From: Octopus sinensis
Lineage: Eukaryota
Assembly (NCBI RefSeq): GCF_006345805.1
Contig: NC_043005.1
Coordinates: 105,338,001-105,402,000 of the forward strand
Direction: 5' to 3'
Length of the DNA stretch: 64,000 nucleotides
A program made the translations under genes and the position numbers. The notes beneath the pieces were generated by a model. That model was not told where the DNA came from. It was given only the letters and a program-made list of their open reading frames with translations, and made no database searches. This document shows positions 38,660 to 52,592 of this stretch, piece after piece (position 1 is the first letter of the stretch; each line of letters opens with the position of its first letter).

Positions 38660-38957
38660 CATATGTATATACACATATAATGTGTGTGTGTGTATATCCT
38701 TGTTTTGACATTATATGATGTCTTGTGATGATTGTAAATGAGCATTGATATCATACTAGTGATGGTGTTTGTTTCCAATCCACTCTAAAAGAACACTGTC
38801 TGGCCATGGGGAAATATCCTGCTTAGAAACAAGTAAGGCTGGTGACAGGAAGAATATCAACCTGTAGAAATCTGCTTCAACAAATTCCAAGTGATCCATG
38901 CTAACCTGGAAAAGCAGATGTTAAGAAATGATGGTGTGGCAGTGATGGTGCTAGTAC

Positions 38958-38988
<31 letters not shown>

Positions 38989-39044
38989 AGTGTTGGTATT
39001 GATGATGTTTTATTCAAGCTCAGATTTATGAGTTACTTGATATC

Positions 39045-39362
39045 TTTTACTTGTCTTAAACTGTAGTCATGCTGAGGTACCAGCTTGAAGAATTTTTAGT
39101 TGAACAAATCAACCCCAGCACATTTCTTTTTAAGCTTAGTACTTATTTTATCAGTCACTTTTGCTGAGATAAGCACTCAAACACCGATTGTCAAGCAGTA
39201 GTGGAGGGGGACAAACACACACACACACACATTTATATGATTGGCTTCTTTCAGTTTTTGTCTACTAAATCCACTCACAAGGCTTTTTTCATCCTAAGTT
39301 GCCATGCTGTGGGACTGAACCCAGAACCTGTGTTTGGGAAGCAAACTTCTTACCATACAGCC
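39045..39362 (-). mobile_element. SINE-B, older copy
   Basis: ttttacttgtc...agtacttatttt...ggcttctttcagtttt...gggactgaacccagaac. Confidence 0.75.
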
Positions 39363-39499
39363 TCTATTATCAGAGGCTCATATAGTTTAGGGGTGGGGAA
39401 GAATTGTGAATGTATGACTTTCATGCTTACCCGGTGCTTATTAGTAATTTAAGTGAACTTCAGGGGTTTGAGATCCAGCTATATTAGCTGGATCTTCAA

Positions 39500-39995
39500 A
39501 TAATAATAATAATATTACTTCTTTTTACTATTGGCACAAGGCCTGAAATTTTAGGGGAGGGGGCTAATCAATTACACTGACATTCCCACCCCATCCCCGT
39601 ACTTGCTTGACAGGTACTTATGTTATCAAACCCCAAAAAATGAAATAGTTTCAAACTTTGGCACATGGCCTACAATTGCAAGTGGAAAGGTAAGATGATA
39701 ACATTGACCCCCAGTGCTTAACTGGTACTTTATTTTATCAACCCTAAAAGGAGGAAAGATAAAGTTAACCATGGCAAAGTTTTCATATAGAACATAAAAG
39801 AACCAAAACAAATGCTTCAAAGCATTTTTTTTCCAATGCTGTGATTATTTTTCAAGAGCACTAAATATTTCTAATTTCGGTATGAAGCTAGCAATTTTGG
39901 AAGGTGTTAGTTGGTTGCTTCAACCCCAGCACCTGACTGGTACTTTACTTTATCATTCCAGAAAGGTGAAAGGCAAAGTTGAACTTGATGGAATT
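39500..39995 (-). mobile_element. cluster of old SINE-A-type copies
   Basis: ggcacaaggcctgaaatttt, ccccagtgcttaactggtacttt and aaaggcaaagttgaac motifs. Confidence 0.6.
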
Positions 39996-39998
39996 TGC

Positions 39999-40032
<34 letters not shown>

Positions 40033-40046
40033 GTAGAATGAGGATA

Positions 40047-40195
40047 TAGAAAACTGCATTACTTAGCAGTGTAAGGAGTCTCCACAAAGGCCTTGAGATT
40101 TTAACAGAGTGTATCACAAGAAGTGAACAGCTACCATATTAATCATACTTCCAACAGCAAACTGTATGTGTTAGATGTTATAAGAATAATAATGA
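40047..40195 (+). mobile_element. 3' end remnant of an RLE-type (R4/Dong/NeSL-like) non-LTR retrotransposon
   Basis: Translates to *KTALLSSVRSLHKGLEI, resembling the C-terminal QKxALLGTARILRKVL motif. Confidence 0.45.
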
Positions 40196-40911
40196 TTTCA
40201 ATAGTAAAAATAATTTCAACAAAAATATATGTTTGTATTTTAGACACAAAGCCAGTAAATTTGAGTGTAAAGGGTTAGTTGATATCAATGATGATAATGT
40301 AACAACATGAAATAACAGGTTCAAATCTTATGTTAGTTATTATTGTATAACCTTGACAAGATTGATAACACTTCTTGCCTACATATGCCTGACTGACAGT
40401 TGCTGACTTCATTGGTTAATGGTAGAAATGGTATCCGACTTATAAAAAAGTTAAACCAATTTAAACCATCTTTTACATATTAAGACAGAAATGATGGTGA
40501 TGATGATAATGAAGATTGTAATGATGGTAATTGTGGTGATAGAAGGCATTGTATCTAGAGAGAATGATGGATTTGTCTTTAATTCATCTTAACATCAGAG
40601 TTAAAATAGTCAGCCCTGTGGATCGACTGGGGTTTGTAACAGGATTAATTATTTAATTCATCCAGCTGAAAGAAGTGATTGTTCATTAAGGATTGCTATA
40701 TTTCAACAACTAGCTCCCTGACCACCCAACTCCTTATAATCATCCACTTTAGCAACTTATCTCTCTCTTCATCTCATTTCAACCTCCTTCTGAAATTGTT
40801 CTCTGGTTAACTTTGTAAATTAGAAACTAAAAGAAATATCATAATGCTGAATAAAAGAGAGCGAGAAAGAGAGAACTGATCTAGTCATGGCAATGATGCT
40901 GTGTTGAGGAT

Positions 40912-40953
40912 GTAGTGGTGGTGGTGGTGGTGGTGGTGGTGGTGGTGGTGGTG
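40912..40953. repeat. (GGT)n microsatellite
   Basis: Seen directly. Confidence 0.95.
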
Positions 40954-41324
40954 GAAGTAGTGTAAAAGTAATCGCCTTGTATGTAATTCAGGATAATTTG
41001 TTGTATATTTTTCCAAACTAACACTTGGTCTGTCTTCTCATAAAAAGATATTTACATTATATGTGATTTTATGTGTGGATGTAGATGAAAGGTTTAGTGT
41101 AGTGCATGTATGGTGTATGTTTGTTTGTTTCTTATTGATGTTGTGTCTTAAACTGCCAGAGTTTTATATCCATTTAGATAATGGGGAATGTGTCTATAGT
41201 ACTCAAGATTTCATCGAATTACAATCAACTTGCTCTTGGGCAAGTTTCTTCTCCTTTATCTTTAGAAATTTACAAAAAGCTTCTTGTTATATTTTGCTTT
41301 ATTATTATTATTATTTTTTTTTTG

Positions 41325-41359
<35 letters not shown>

Positions 41360-42169
41360 AAATGTATATGTATTTTTTCTGCCACTTCAGTTTCTTCTCA
41401 CCCACACCTGCTCCATACTTTCGTGTTTAATCAACTTACTATTTTTTTATGTGTATTGGGGAAAAATATATAATACTTGATATGAATTGAATTACATGCT
41501 CACATGTAGTGATATAAACTTATAAATGGTGAGTAAAATATCATACATATATATATATATATGCATGTACACATTTGAATGCACATGCATGTGTAATATG
41601 TGCATATGAAATGCTTATGTGGGATTGTGGGGCAAGAAAATGGGGTGGGGCGTAAAAGTAATAATTTTTGACATACCCTCCACTCAACATTCTACCCTCA
41701 TTACTTATTTTGTTTTGTTTTTCTTAGATAAAATCATTTCTAAATTTCTTGTTTTCAGGGTAAAGGGAAATGTATATATATAACTGCAAAGTTTCTCTTC
41801 CCCCACCTTTCTCTTATAGATTAGATTGTAAATATCATATCAATTAGAAAATAGATATTATTTTTGACATTTTCCTTATAACTCACATATGGGCTGTGTG
41901 TGTACATGTGTGTGTGTGTGCATGTGTGTGTAAATGTCTCATTGCATTTTTCTTAGTGCATATCTCTGTTTAGTCTATCTGTACACATTGTTTTCAGAAT
42001 TGCGTGGTTTTCTACCCTAGGTTTATAATTTAGTATTTTTATCAATCTGTTTTTCTTTATGTTTCAAAACTTATAATAATAATAATGAAATTATTGTATA
42101 CAGTGCTCAGGTCTTTGAATATACAAAAGTGGAAGGTGAATTTATATTTAATATAATAGCAGTCAGTAT

Positions 42170-42559
42170 GGATGGATGGAAGCACTCCGTCGGTTACGAT
42201 GATGAGGGTTCCGGTTGATCCGAATCAACGGAACAGCCTGCTCATGAAATTAACGTGTAAGTGGCTGAGCACTCCACAGACACATGCACCCTTAACGTAG
42301 TTCTCAGGGATATTCAGCGTGACACAGAGAGTGACAAGGCTGGCCCCTTGAAATACAGGTACAACAGAAACAGGAAGTAAGAGTGAGAGAAAGTTGTGGT
42401 GAAAGAGTACAGCAGGGTTCACCACCATCCCCTGCTGGAGCCTCGTGGAGTTTTAGGTGTTTTCGCTCAATAAACACTCACAACGCCCGGTCTGGGAATC
42501 GAAACCGCGATCCTACGACCATGAGTCCGCTGCACTAACCACTGGGCCATTGCACCTCC
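42170..42559 (-). mobile_element. SINE-D, full length, 13-bp TSD
   Basis: tRNA-like head ggaggtgcaatggcccagtggttag...ggtttcgattccc; (TCCA)n tail; TAGCAGTCAGTAT at 42157-42169 and 42560-42572. Confidence 0.92.
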
Positions 42560-45500
42560 TAGCAGTCAGTATATGGCTGGTACTGCAACAGAAGTGAGTC
42601 ACATCATCAATTGGTTATTTAGTGTAACATTTATCGACTATACATTGTCAGAAAGTTATACCAACAGAAAATTTAGTGATGAAGTGTCTGTCTCTCCAAG
42701 CAACACTTATCAGAAGGTTTGAATGAAGTACAAGAAGGCAGTACAAGATTCCTCAGCTAACCAGTGTAGGTAATGTTATTTGTTTTGAGGAGCTGCTATT
42801 TGATCGCTTAACTTGCTATAAAGAGTAGAGAGATCTATCTTACAACCACACTCGACTGCCTTCAGTAAGGAAAAGACATATTAAATAATACAGTCAAACA
42901 TGTCACTAAAATGATCAGGTAATCACAGCTCGAACACTTTAGAATCAAATCAAAGCTGACCTTGGAAAAAAAGAACAGCAGAAATAACTATGTACTCATA
43001 GTATTTGTTGTGAGGTAGACCAGACCATTTGAAAGTTAAATATTTTGGCCCTAAAGAAACTTTTAAGCCATTTTAACAACAGGACCACATCCTTTATCTG
43101 ACCTAGCCAACTGTGACTATTGTTCTTAAATATGAACAGTAAATTCAACACTGACACAGTTTGGCCTTAAATAAGTTACCCAACCAAGTACTTGAATAGT
43201 GCATGTTTTTTTAGATTATTTACCTTATTACTGATACACTTTTCCAATCATCTTTTCAGACTCTATTTCTACACATTTGAAGTACAATCCAAATTTTAAC
43301 ATTCAGCTCACCCTAACATCCACAAAGTATTGAATGCAAGACCATTTCAGAAATCCTCAATATTCAGTCAATTATTTGTGACATATGACTGCTCTAGTAA
43401 AAATGACCAGAGTTATTAAACATCAACAGCTTTAAGAAAAAAACCTTTCAGTTTCTATTGTATTTTTGTTTCCAATACAGACTGAAAAACTGAGTTTCTA
43501 GCAATAGACTTCCAACAAGAAAGTAACAACGTAGAATGAACAATCTTGGAAAATAAAATAACTGGTACAATTTTTTTTTTTATATATATAGATTTATTTT
43601 AAATCAACATTACCAAAATCTTTTATTTGTTTTGTGCTAGTGTTGTGACTACTTACGAAATGGATCTACCCATGTGTGTGTGTGTGTGTGCACGCATTTA
43701 TATATATAATAAACTTTAGATAGATCAACCTTTTTACATTGTATACTGAAGAAGATAGGTTCCCACCAAGCTATCAAGTACAGTCCTTAGTCATGTTTGT
43801 TTTATAACCAGACATGGCAGAAATAGCATGAATTTCAAAGCTAAGTAAACAATGTGTATGAGTGTAAGTATGTTTGTTTGCTCTTCAACTTAATATTAAT
43901 ATATATATATGTGTGTGTGTGTGTGTATATGTATGTATGTGTGTGAGTGTGGGTACATTATTTGAAATAAGCTGGTTGATTAATTCTTTAACTACCAATG
44001 GGTGCTTAAATTTATTTTTCCATCCTTGATAGTTTGATCAAGTGAATTATGTTTGATTAGGATTTATCAACTAAGTATTGAACAAAATATCATATTTATT
44101 ATTTTTATTACTTTTATTTGTACTAAATTGTTGGAGACAATAGCATGGCTGACCAAAATATCCTCCTGATATTTAATAACTCTATGTTCTCAGTTCAAAT
44201 CCTAGCAATATAGAATTCTTTTTTAATCACTTTAGCCTTAATAAAGTCAGGACCAGTAAATTCAACAAAACTTGATCTGCTGCTTTGTCAGATGTCATTA
44301 TTTATTATCATTTTAGTTATGGATTTCTGTAACATTTAAAGAAAACTGTTTTCCAGTTTCACCTTCAAAAATAGGTCAGATTAGAGATTTTAGAAACAGC
44401 TGTGACAAATTGAAAAATTTACTTTTTGAAATATTAGATACTAATTAACTTTTAAGACCTGATGTTAATTTATTTTATATATTTTTTTAAGGGTGAGTAA
44501 CCAATTTGATGGTGGTGGTGTGGGCTTGACATCAGGGTAATGTTATGAAAGAATGTGTGACGCTGGTAGTTATAGATGGAGATGCTAAGAAACTGGGGTG
44601 AGGGAAAATAAAAATGATGGAAAGCATCAGATACATTGTATACGTAACTTTGTATTGATTCTTAGTTGTAACTATTTTGCACATGAACCTCTTGGAAGGA
44701 ACAAATGTCCTAATTGTCTTCTCTGTCTTTCTTTTTCATAATATGGCCTATGACCACTTAATTACCTGCTCAACTAATTCATATTTATCATATTGTTATC
44801 TGGTAGTCTGACTGAATATTTTTTTATTATGGAATAAGATTATCATTTTAGTTTTAAAAAATAAACTCTCCATTCTTAATTTTTTTTTAATGGTGTTAAT
44901 TATTTACCAGTGAAACTGACAAGTTGAAGATTTTAAATGAATTATTATTTTTTTTTATGAGTGAGTGATATGTGAGATACTTTACTTCATTATTGTGGCA
45001 CTGGTTTTAAAGCCAAAATAGTTTATATTCTATGTTCTTTCACTGAAACTATGTTGCCATGTATCTTTAGCAAAATGACCTATTTTTAATTAGATAACAT
45101 GGATGAATGCACTGCAACAGGCAAGAAACCATTTCCTGTGTATAAATAATGAAATTTCATCTTGAAGATAGATATACCATAGTCTTATGGAGTATTAATT
45201 CCATGAGGTTAAAGAAACTGGATCACTCGATTGCTAGTTGATTTTTAAACTACCATCTCAGACAAGTTAGTTGAAAATCGATGATACCATTACTTCTGTT
45301 TCATAAAAAATTACTTATTCCAACAATTTCAAAATGGAAATTGAATTATCATTTAGCCCATGTCTTTTATGTTGTAAGTGAAATAAATTAGCTATAAGAC
45401 AAGTGAAAACCCCCGTCTCAGGTTGATGGCTTCTCTAAATAGTTATAGTTGTTATACAAATTATTTCTAATCTTAACTGTGATGTGGCCTTTAATTAACA

Positions 45501-47446
45501 ATCTTCATTTTGCTGGCTTTAGTCTTCCTAATCCAAAAATATATGCTAACCATTGCTTGCTCTAAAATTGTCAAACATAATCTTATTTCAACTATTTGAG
45601 AAAGTAGCAATTGATAACAATGCCTATAAACATATCAAAAAGTTCAATAGAAACAAAACATATGCTGTTAGACTGATCTATAAAATATTATGAAGCTTAA
45701 TGATGTTAGTGATAAGTTGAAGTTTATTACAAAAATCTACTTGGCAAGTAATTAAATCATTTTACAGTTGTAAGCACACAAGTGACACACATCTCTTCTT
45801 AAGATATTTTATTGTTTTATCAGAAAATATTAGTGACTATATCCCTACACACCATTTTTTCTTTGAAATTAAGGATTAATGATAGTTACTATGTCTCATG
45901 CTTTTGTAAGACAAAGGTACAGAGCAGTGTATAATACCTGTAGATGTAGAGTGATGAAATAAAATATTACTTATTACCTGTAGAGGTTTTCCTGCAGACT
46001 TGCTCTTGGAGTGAACAGTATCCATAGAGTTGATAAAATCTGGGTCCTTATGTAAGTTTCATTCCTAGGATTGTTGCCTTTGACAGGATAATAGGAAAAG
46101 AAGGGATCTTTGTATTTTTTTGTTTTAGTTTATATTTCTTTTTAACATTGTTTTTATATCTTATTTCTTTTTGTTATCCATTTTCACTTTCTTTCTTCCT
46201 GACTTTTATTTATAAGTTTCTATTGTTTACACACCTGGAAATAAAAGACAAAGAGTTATTATTGTGGTTATTTAGATTTGATGTTGTTGTTGTTGCTGGT
46301 ATTTTTCCTAAATTGACTAGAGATTGGTTTTATGTTAATTAATTATATTATAATTTTGGCTGAAACTCAAATGAGCTATACACATTACACAAGCTTAAAT
46401 AAAGATAGTAATGCAAACACATAAAGAATGATACACATTTACACACAGTGGCACATACATGATAATGATACATCAGACACTTGTACACATATATGTACAC
46501 ATATACATTAAATGACATACATGCAAGTAGGGAAACACACATACATACAAAAGTGTGTATTGAACGAGACAAATGTGTGTATTTAATGGCATACACATTC
46601 AGAATCACACATACACATACATCTATACACTGATGCACAAGTATATGAATAAAATCAGACTCAGACATACGTATATACAATGATAAACATACATACATAC
46701 GTACATTGACACATACACATTAAATGAGACATTATAATATATATTCTACTGCTTCACTTCCAACGTTAACTGTAACTGTCCTGGTATAAACCTGCCATTT
46801 TGTCAACTCTCTAAACTTGCCTCCTTGTAAAAGAGTAATTGTAATTTTTATAATTATTGTAAGCAAGAATCTATAATGAGGGGCACTTAATGGGAGAGGA
46901 TGGAATGGAGCTGTGAATGTGATTAGTTTCTATGATGGTTGATATTAAGTTCCATGGAGTAGAGGAAGTGTTTCTGGCAAGCTGTGTGTAATAATATGCT
47001 TTAGATTTCTCATTACTTTGCTTTATATAGGTAGAAGCTCTGTACTGTCTCAGTCAACCCGTGAATGCAAAGTAGTGTATTCTACCTAACTAATCAATGA
47101 AGAACTGGGGAGGTCAGTGTAGGGTAGATTTCTGAAATGTATACCCACCTTAAAGGGTATCTTGTTACATTTCATGGTAACGGTTTAAAGATAAGGCTCT
47201 GATAGTACGAAACAAAAGATTCACAAATAGAATATCCATGAAACAGAAGGTTCCCTTTTTGGATTTTGCCAACAATGTCAGATCTCAAAGGATATGATTC
47301 ATGACCTCAATAGAGGAGTTTATGTAAGTGATCCTTGAAGAAGTGTCAGCTATTGATAGGATATAAAGTATTTCCCTTATGTTTATTTTCATCATTGTTG
47401 TTTGTGATGTGATTTACTGACTGTTTCTCTTGTTTTTCTTTTCTAG

Positions 47447-47651
47447 TGATAACCAAACTGATTGTCTCATTAGCTTAATTATCAACCTGTACTTTTCTTT
47501 CTTAGAAACTAGAAATAACGAATGATCCAGTCATTCTGGAATAGCAGATATCTCTAAGAAATGCAAACCAGTAGAAATAAATGACAAACTGAAGATGACT
47601 TGAGGATATGGAATAACTAGCTAACACAAAGATAGAGAACAAATAGAAATG
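47447..47651 (+). other. candidate non-coding (5'UTR-like) exon ending in ATG
   Basis: Strong acceptors at 47446 and 47505; donor ATG|gtaagt; stops in all frames. Confidence 0.3.
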
Positions 47652-48805
47652 GTAAGTTTTAGTCTAGTTGGTAACCTGGAAATACAAGACTAAGGGATAG
47701 GCAACCAAAATATGCATCTGTCACGTAATACCTTGCATTTGTGTTACTCCTGGTGTATTTATTTTGAGACAAATCAACCCGTTTCAAGCTGTTTGCAAGA
47801 AATGGTTAATCTGGTTAATCTGTTTTAATTATGAATCATGAATCAATAGTGCATTATAATGTGATAGAAGCCATGAACCTTTCAGTCAACCATTTAAGAC
47901 CTTACCAACTCAACAAGTTGCAGCCCTTTTCATACTGTATAGAGTACAAGTAATTATTTGTAAAAGGAAACCTGAAGCCAAAAACACTAATGACTTTTTT
48001 TTGTTTGAAGGGAGGCTGTAAATATTTTAAGAAACATGTGATGCACTTTGTAGGAAGAGAATAAGTAAGTTTGAAGGAGTCATAAATAGAGAGAGAAGTT
48101 GTAAATCAATATTAGTTCATTTTGGTATTCTGCAAGATTGGGAAAATGTTATAACGAAGTCAGAAAGATTATAACAACCAACACAAACTGGACAGATAGC
48201 TAAGCCTGTGGTATGAGAATAAACCTAGCATTTATTGTGACGTTGAAGGATTTAGCCGTGTATAGATCATGCTTAGAATGACTGCACTGTATCACTGTTT
48301 CATGTTAATCAGTTGGATCTTTGATAAGTTAAAGGTGACAAGGTTATTACATCCCAATTTGAGTGTGTTTTTTAGGCAGAGAAAGTTTGGCAGGGATGTC
48401 TAAGATTTGGATGGTGTAAGTATGTCCAGAAGGAAGGAAGATTGAAGGCTGGTATTATTTATATTGAAGAATGTATAGTTAGAAATAATAGCAAATAGAC
48501 TGTTGTTATGTGGGAAATGTAACTTGGGTGGTAGAGTGGCATTGATACAATGTGGTTGTGAGAGATCCCTGCAATGCTCATTGCAAAAGCACAGTTAAAT
48601 GGAAACCTCCAAGCCAAATGGATCTTGTCCATAAGCAGACAAATTCACTTGAATGTTCTAAGGTCAGAAATGACAAGAATTCATCACTGGGGTTTAACAA
48701 GTTTGCTTTCTCAAAAGTTATCATGTGAAAAAAACCTCCATTATCTGATGTAGGAAAGACGAATTCCAATAGACCAGGTTATACAGAAACCATACTGTTA
48801 GTAAC

Positions 48806-48807
<2 letters not shown>

Positions 48808-48846
<39 letters not shown>
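48808..48846. repeat. (GA)n microsatellite
   Basis: Seen directly. Confidence 0.95.
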
Positions 48847-48848
<2 letters not shown>

Positions 48849-48989
48849 TGGAGGGTAATGAATTGACTTTCTATGACAATTTCTATAATCGTTGAGATGT
48901 TGGATATGCATGATATAGAACAAGAGCTCAAAGAGAATCAAGCACATCATTACATATTTCTTTAAACTGATATAAATTCCTGTATAGAC

Positions 48990-49375
48990 AGAAAAAATGT
49001 AAAATTTTATCAGTGTTAAGAGTTGAATTTAGAGTGTCCTGGATGAGACAGAATTAGGAAAGATCACTTTGTTAGATTGGCTAGAAAAATTAAAAGGCTT
49101 TGGAACGGGGAGAGTAATTATTAGGGAATAGTGTGATGGAAAGTGGTGACAAAGTGGTTATGGTAATTGGCTGGGTTGATTAGGAGGGAATGTTGATGGC
49201 AAAAGTCAGTTGTCTGCCATGCCAGCATAGTTTGAACAGTTTGTCAGGGTCCAGTACAGTTCTTCTTGGAGTTACATAAGTTTAATTTTAACATAGGGTA
49301 GTAACAGAGATACTAATAGCAACAGTGTTAGAGAGAGGGATATTAGAAAGAAAAGTGAGAAGTAGTGTCAAGGTA
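48990..49375 (-). mobile_element. heavily decayed LINE reverse transcriptase remnant
   Basis: Minus-strand pieces TVLDP (cf. GTVLGP), MADN (cf. FADD) and a later FN-like motif; spacing needs a deletion. Confidence 0.3.
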
Positions 49376-49377
49376 TT

Positions 49378-49723
49378 AGTAAGATGCTGCAGAAATTATA
49401 TAGACTTGGCTGGGAAATTTTGCCATACCCTCCATATTTGCCTGACCTTACACCTTCAGATTTCTACCTGTTTGGGCCTCTTCAAAATTCATTGAATGGA
49501 CAGACCTTTAACTTTGAAGAGGTTGTAAAAGTTTACCTGGAAGCATTTTTCCTGAGTAAAAACACAAAATTCTTTGAACAGGTAATAATAAATCTGCCCA
49601 CCTGATTGCAGAAGATAGTTGAAGAAAAGAGTAATTATGTCATTGATTGATTAAATCATTTTGTGTTTAAAATCTGTGTCTTATTTTTACTTAAAAATCC
49701 TAACAGACTTTTGGGCAACCCAA
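49378..49723 (+). mobile_element. mariner (Tc1/mariner) transposase C-terminal remnant plus right TIR
   Basis: LGWEILPYPPYLPDLTPSDFYLFGPLQNSLNGQTF...*LQKIVEEKSNYVID* matches the mariner YSPDLAPSD motif; ends ttgggcaacccaa|TA. Confidence 0.93.
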
Positions 49724-51439
49724 TATATGTGTGTAATGTACCTACTTTTTCCAGAATTCAAACAACAGGTCACAAAGATAACATAAATACATATATATTG
49801 GCCTAAATGCAATATACTTAGGCAGCTTTTTCAAAGGTAGCAACAGTTTTGCTCTTCAACCACTGTATGCATTGTATCTTTATGGAAAAGGTCATGATTT
49901 AGCAACAGAAAAAATATTTTTGTTGATTAGGAGCATTATATTTATTATAAATGTTCTTAAATTTAAAAAAAAATGTCATTGTGGCTTCATTTTACATTTC
50001 TATTTTTAACATCTATTATTACAATTCTGCAGTAAAAGTAATTACATTTTTCCATGTATTTAACAGAATTTTTGCTAATTTGTTCTTTACACTATATTTT
50101 AATCAGTGTTGTCTTTAAATTTAAAATGATTCTCCCACTCTGCTCTAGGAAGTTGTTATCTTGTATACTGTAACTTTAGTTATCAGTAAATTATTTGATG
50201 GCAAATATTAGAGCTTTTTGGAGATGTATAACCAAGATTGTCAGTTGACTTATCTATGATGATGATAATGATCATCATCATCATAATTTGAATATCATGA
50301 GGCTGGATTGCTTGACAAAAAAAAAATGGAGTTATATTACCTAATCCAAAACCAATTTAATTATAACAGCAATAGGGTACTCTGCACCCTATCCAAAATA
50401 TGTAGGTCAATGAGGAATTAGACAAAGGTTAAAGTTTATCAGGAATTCTATTAGAAAAATTTAACTATTGATACTATGGTAACCTAGATATGATAGGTGC
50501 TTTAATTGCTTTATTTTTATATAAAAAGTTAAGTTGAACAGTAAATACTTCAAGCTTGACTGTTGTGTATAAAGTTATCCAACAATAATAACCACACTAT
50601 CTCATCCAAAGATACCCTCATCTAGTTGCAAATGAAACTTACATCAAAAGTAATTAAATCCACAAAAAAGATGACATCATGAGATGTGTGCCACACCCAG
50701 GTACAGTGAAGAAACTAGATCTACTTTTAAGACTAATAGAATGGTAAAAATCACTAACTTAGAGAAACATGATGGCATCATGAAACCCTTAAATTTAATT
50801 ACTACAATAATTGATAGCAGCAATCAAGCTAGCTCACCAACAGGCTTCATTCACTTTCAGTAACAAGACAACATTATGGTTTTGAAATACTAAGAACAAA
50901 TAACAATACAAGATGACATTTTGTGTTGAGAGAACCAAAATTAGCAGCAAGAAAAGTGGCACCTTAAAACACATAGATCTAGTGAAATGATATGGTTATA
51001 TATAAAGATTTGATAAAGGCACATATGTTAACCTTTATGATGAGTTAAGTCTATGATTAGAGATTTCTTGAGTGCAGTTTTGAGATCAAGTTAAAGTAAT
51101 ACTATGTTCATGGTTACTTTATCAAATATTTCTTCACAGAGGTGCTTTCTCTAATTTGATGGTTTTACTACCCATTTAAATTTACCATTTGCATTACCCC
51201 TTTCTTTTTAGATTACAAATGCATTTGTTTACTTTTGTTGCTGTTAATCATGATGGTGGAAAGGATGAGGATGTTAATAGTGAAGAAACCAAGTGTCTAA
51301 ATTATATGAAGGGGCAACAACTACATCTGCTCCTACCCTATGTGTTAGCATTACAAAATAACTGTTAGCATACCAGGAAAAAAACATCTCAACATTTACT
51401 TATTGCAAATATACAAATGATAAATTTGGTTTATTTAAT

Positions 51440-51960
51440 TCATACATATAGAGTGCATGATGGATTAACAGAGAATCTTGCTTCTCACAATATAGAAACA
51501 TTTCTCGTGACACTAGCAGACAAAATGGAAAAGGTGTTACCCCAGAGGATAGCGAGGGAGATGTGCGGGAACAGCCTCTCTGACTCATAGGTCTTGCACT
51601 TGTGGATAATCTCTGCCCTGGAGGTTTTAACTGCCACAGGCTCGGCCATAAACCTGTCAGAGAGCAACCAATACCTTGACAGTTCACTTTTCTCAGTCTA
51701 ATGAGCAGCAGAGCCTGGGCTGGTAGCTGACAACACCAAGTTGCCACTGGAGAAGGTGTCACAGCATGTGGTATACCAGATGAGGGACCTACCACCACAG
51801 AATGGGAAAACTGTCATACTATCCAGCCTTTTACCATCCCTTTGGCCTAGCCCCACTGGCTTGAGTTGGGAAGGGAAGCATGTAGTGTCTAGGCTATGCT
51901 TTATGATCTTGTTGATGGCAGCATGGTATGGCATGGAAGGACAGTGTTTGGAGGCAGAAA
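51440..51960 (+). other. GC-richer block with a stop-interrupted reading frame, probably a decayed TE
   Basis: One frame runs ~170 codons with 3 stops; no motif recognised. Confidence 0.25.
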
Positions 51961-52547
51961 GAATCTGTCAGTTCTATTAACTACCACATTCATTATTATA
52001 TTAATATCAACTTCATAGATTCTAGGGTGGCATACAACATGTTCATATTCAAAATAAAGGAAAATCTACCAAAACCAGAAAATACATTCATGCTTTTAGC
52101 TGTCAATTGCATATGAAATGGAAGTAAGTTTATATTGTCACTCTGAGAATTTCCACAGGTTTATACATGCTCAATGATCAGTAAGTGTAAGTTGGCATTG
52201 AATTAGCTGTTAACAGGTATAGACTTTGTATAGGTTGCCCAGTTGGAAAATCATCTCCTAGTGCCTTTAATAGAGGGTCATTCTATTCCAGGCATTCAGT
52301 CGAGACGCCTAGTTCCCATCTCATGCATATTTTTCTTATAAATATTGAGGAGCCTGCAAAGATCCTCCTCAATGACTAAATTACAAGAAGAAAAAAAACA
52401 TAAAACAAGAAACCCTTAGTAGGGACTGCTAGATAATTGACCTAACAGCATTTCTGCTCATCAGGTCCTTTTTAAAAAGTGCAGATAAATAATTGTGATG
52501 AACAATGCATGGATTGTAGTTTCAAGATTATCCACACACACGCACAT

Positions 52548-52592
<45 letters not shown>

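Noticed and set aside
42480-42559. tRNA gene
   Set aside because: A/B boxes are present but it is the head of a TSD-flanked SINE and lacks a full cloverleaf acceptor stem; the same applies to the other SINE heads.
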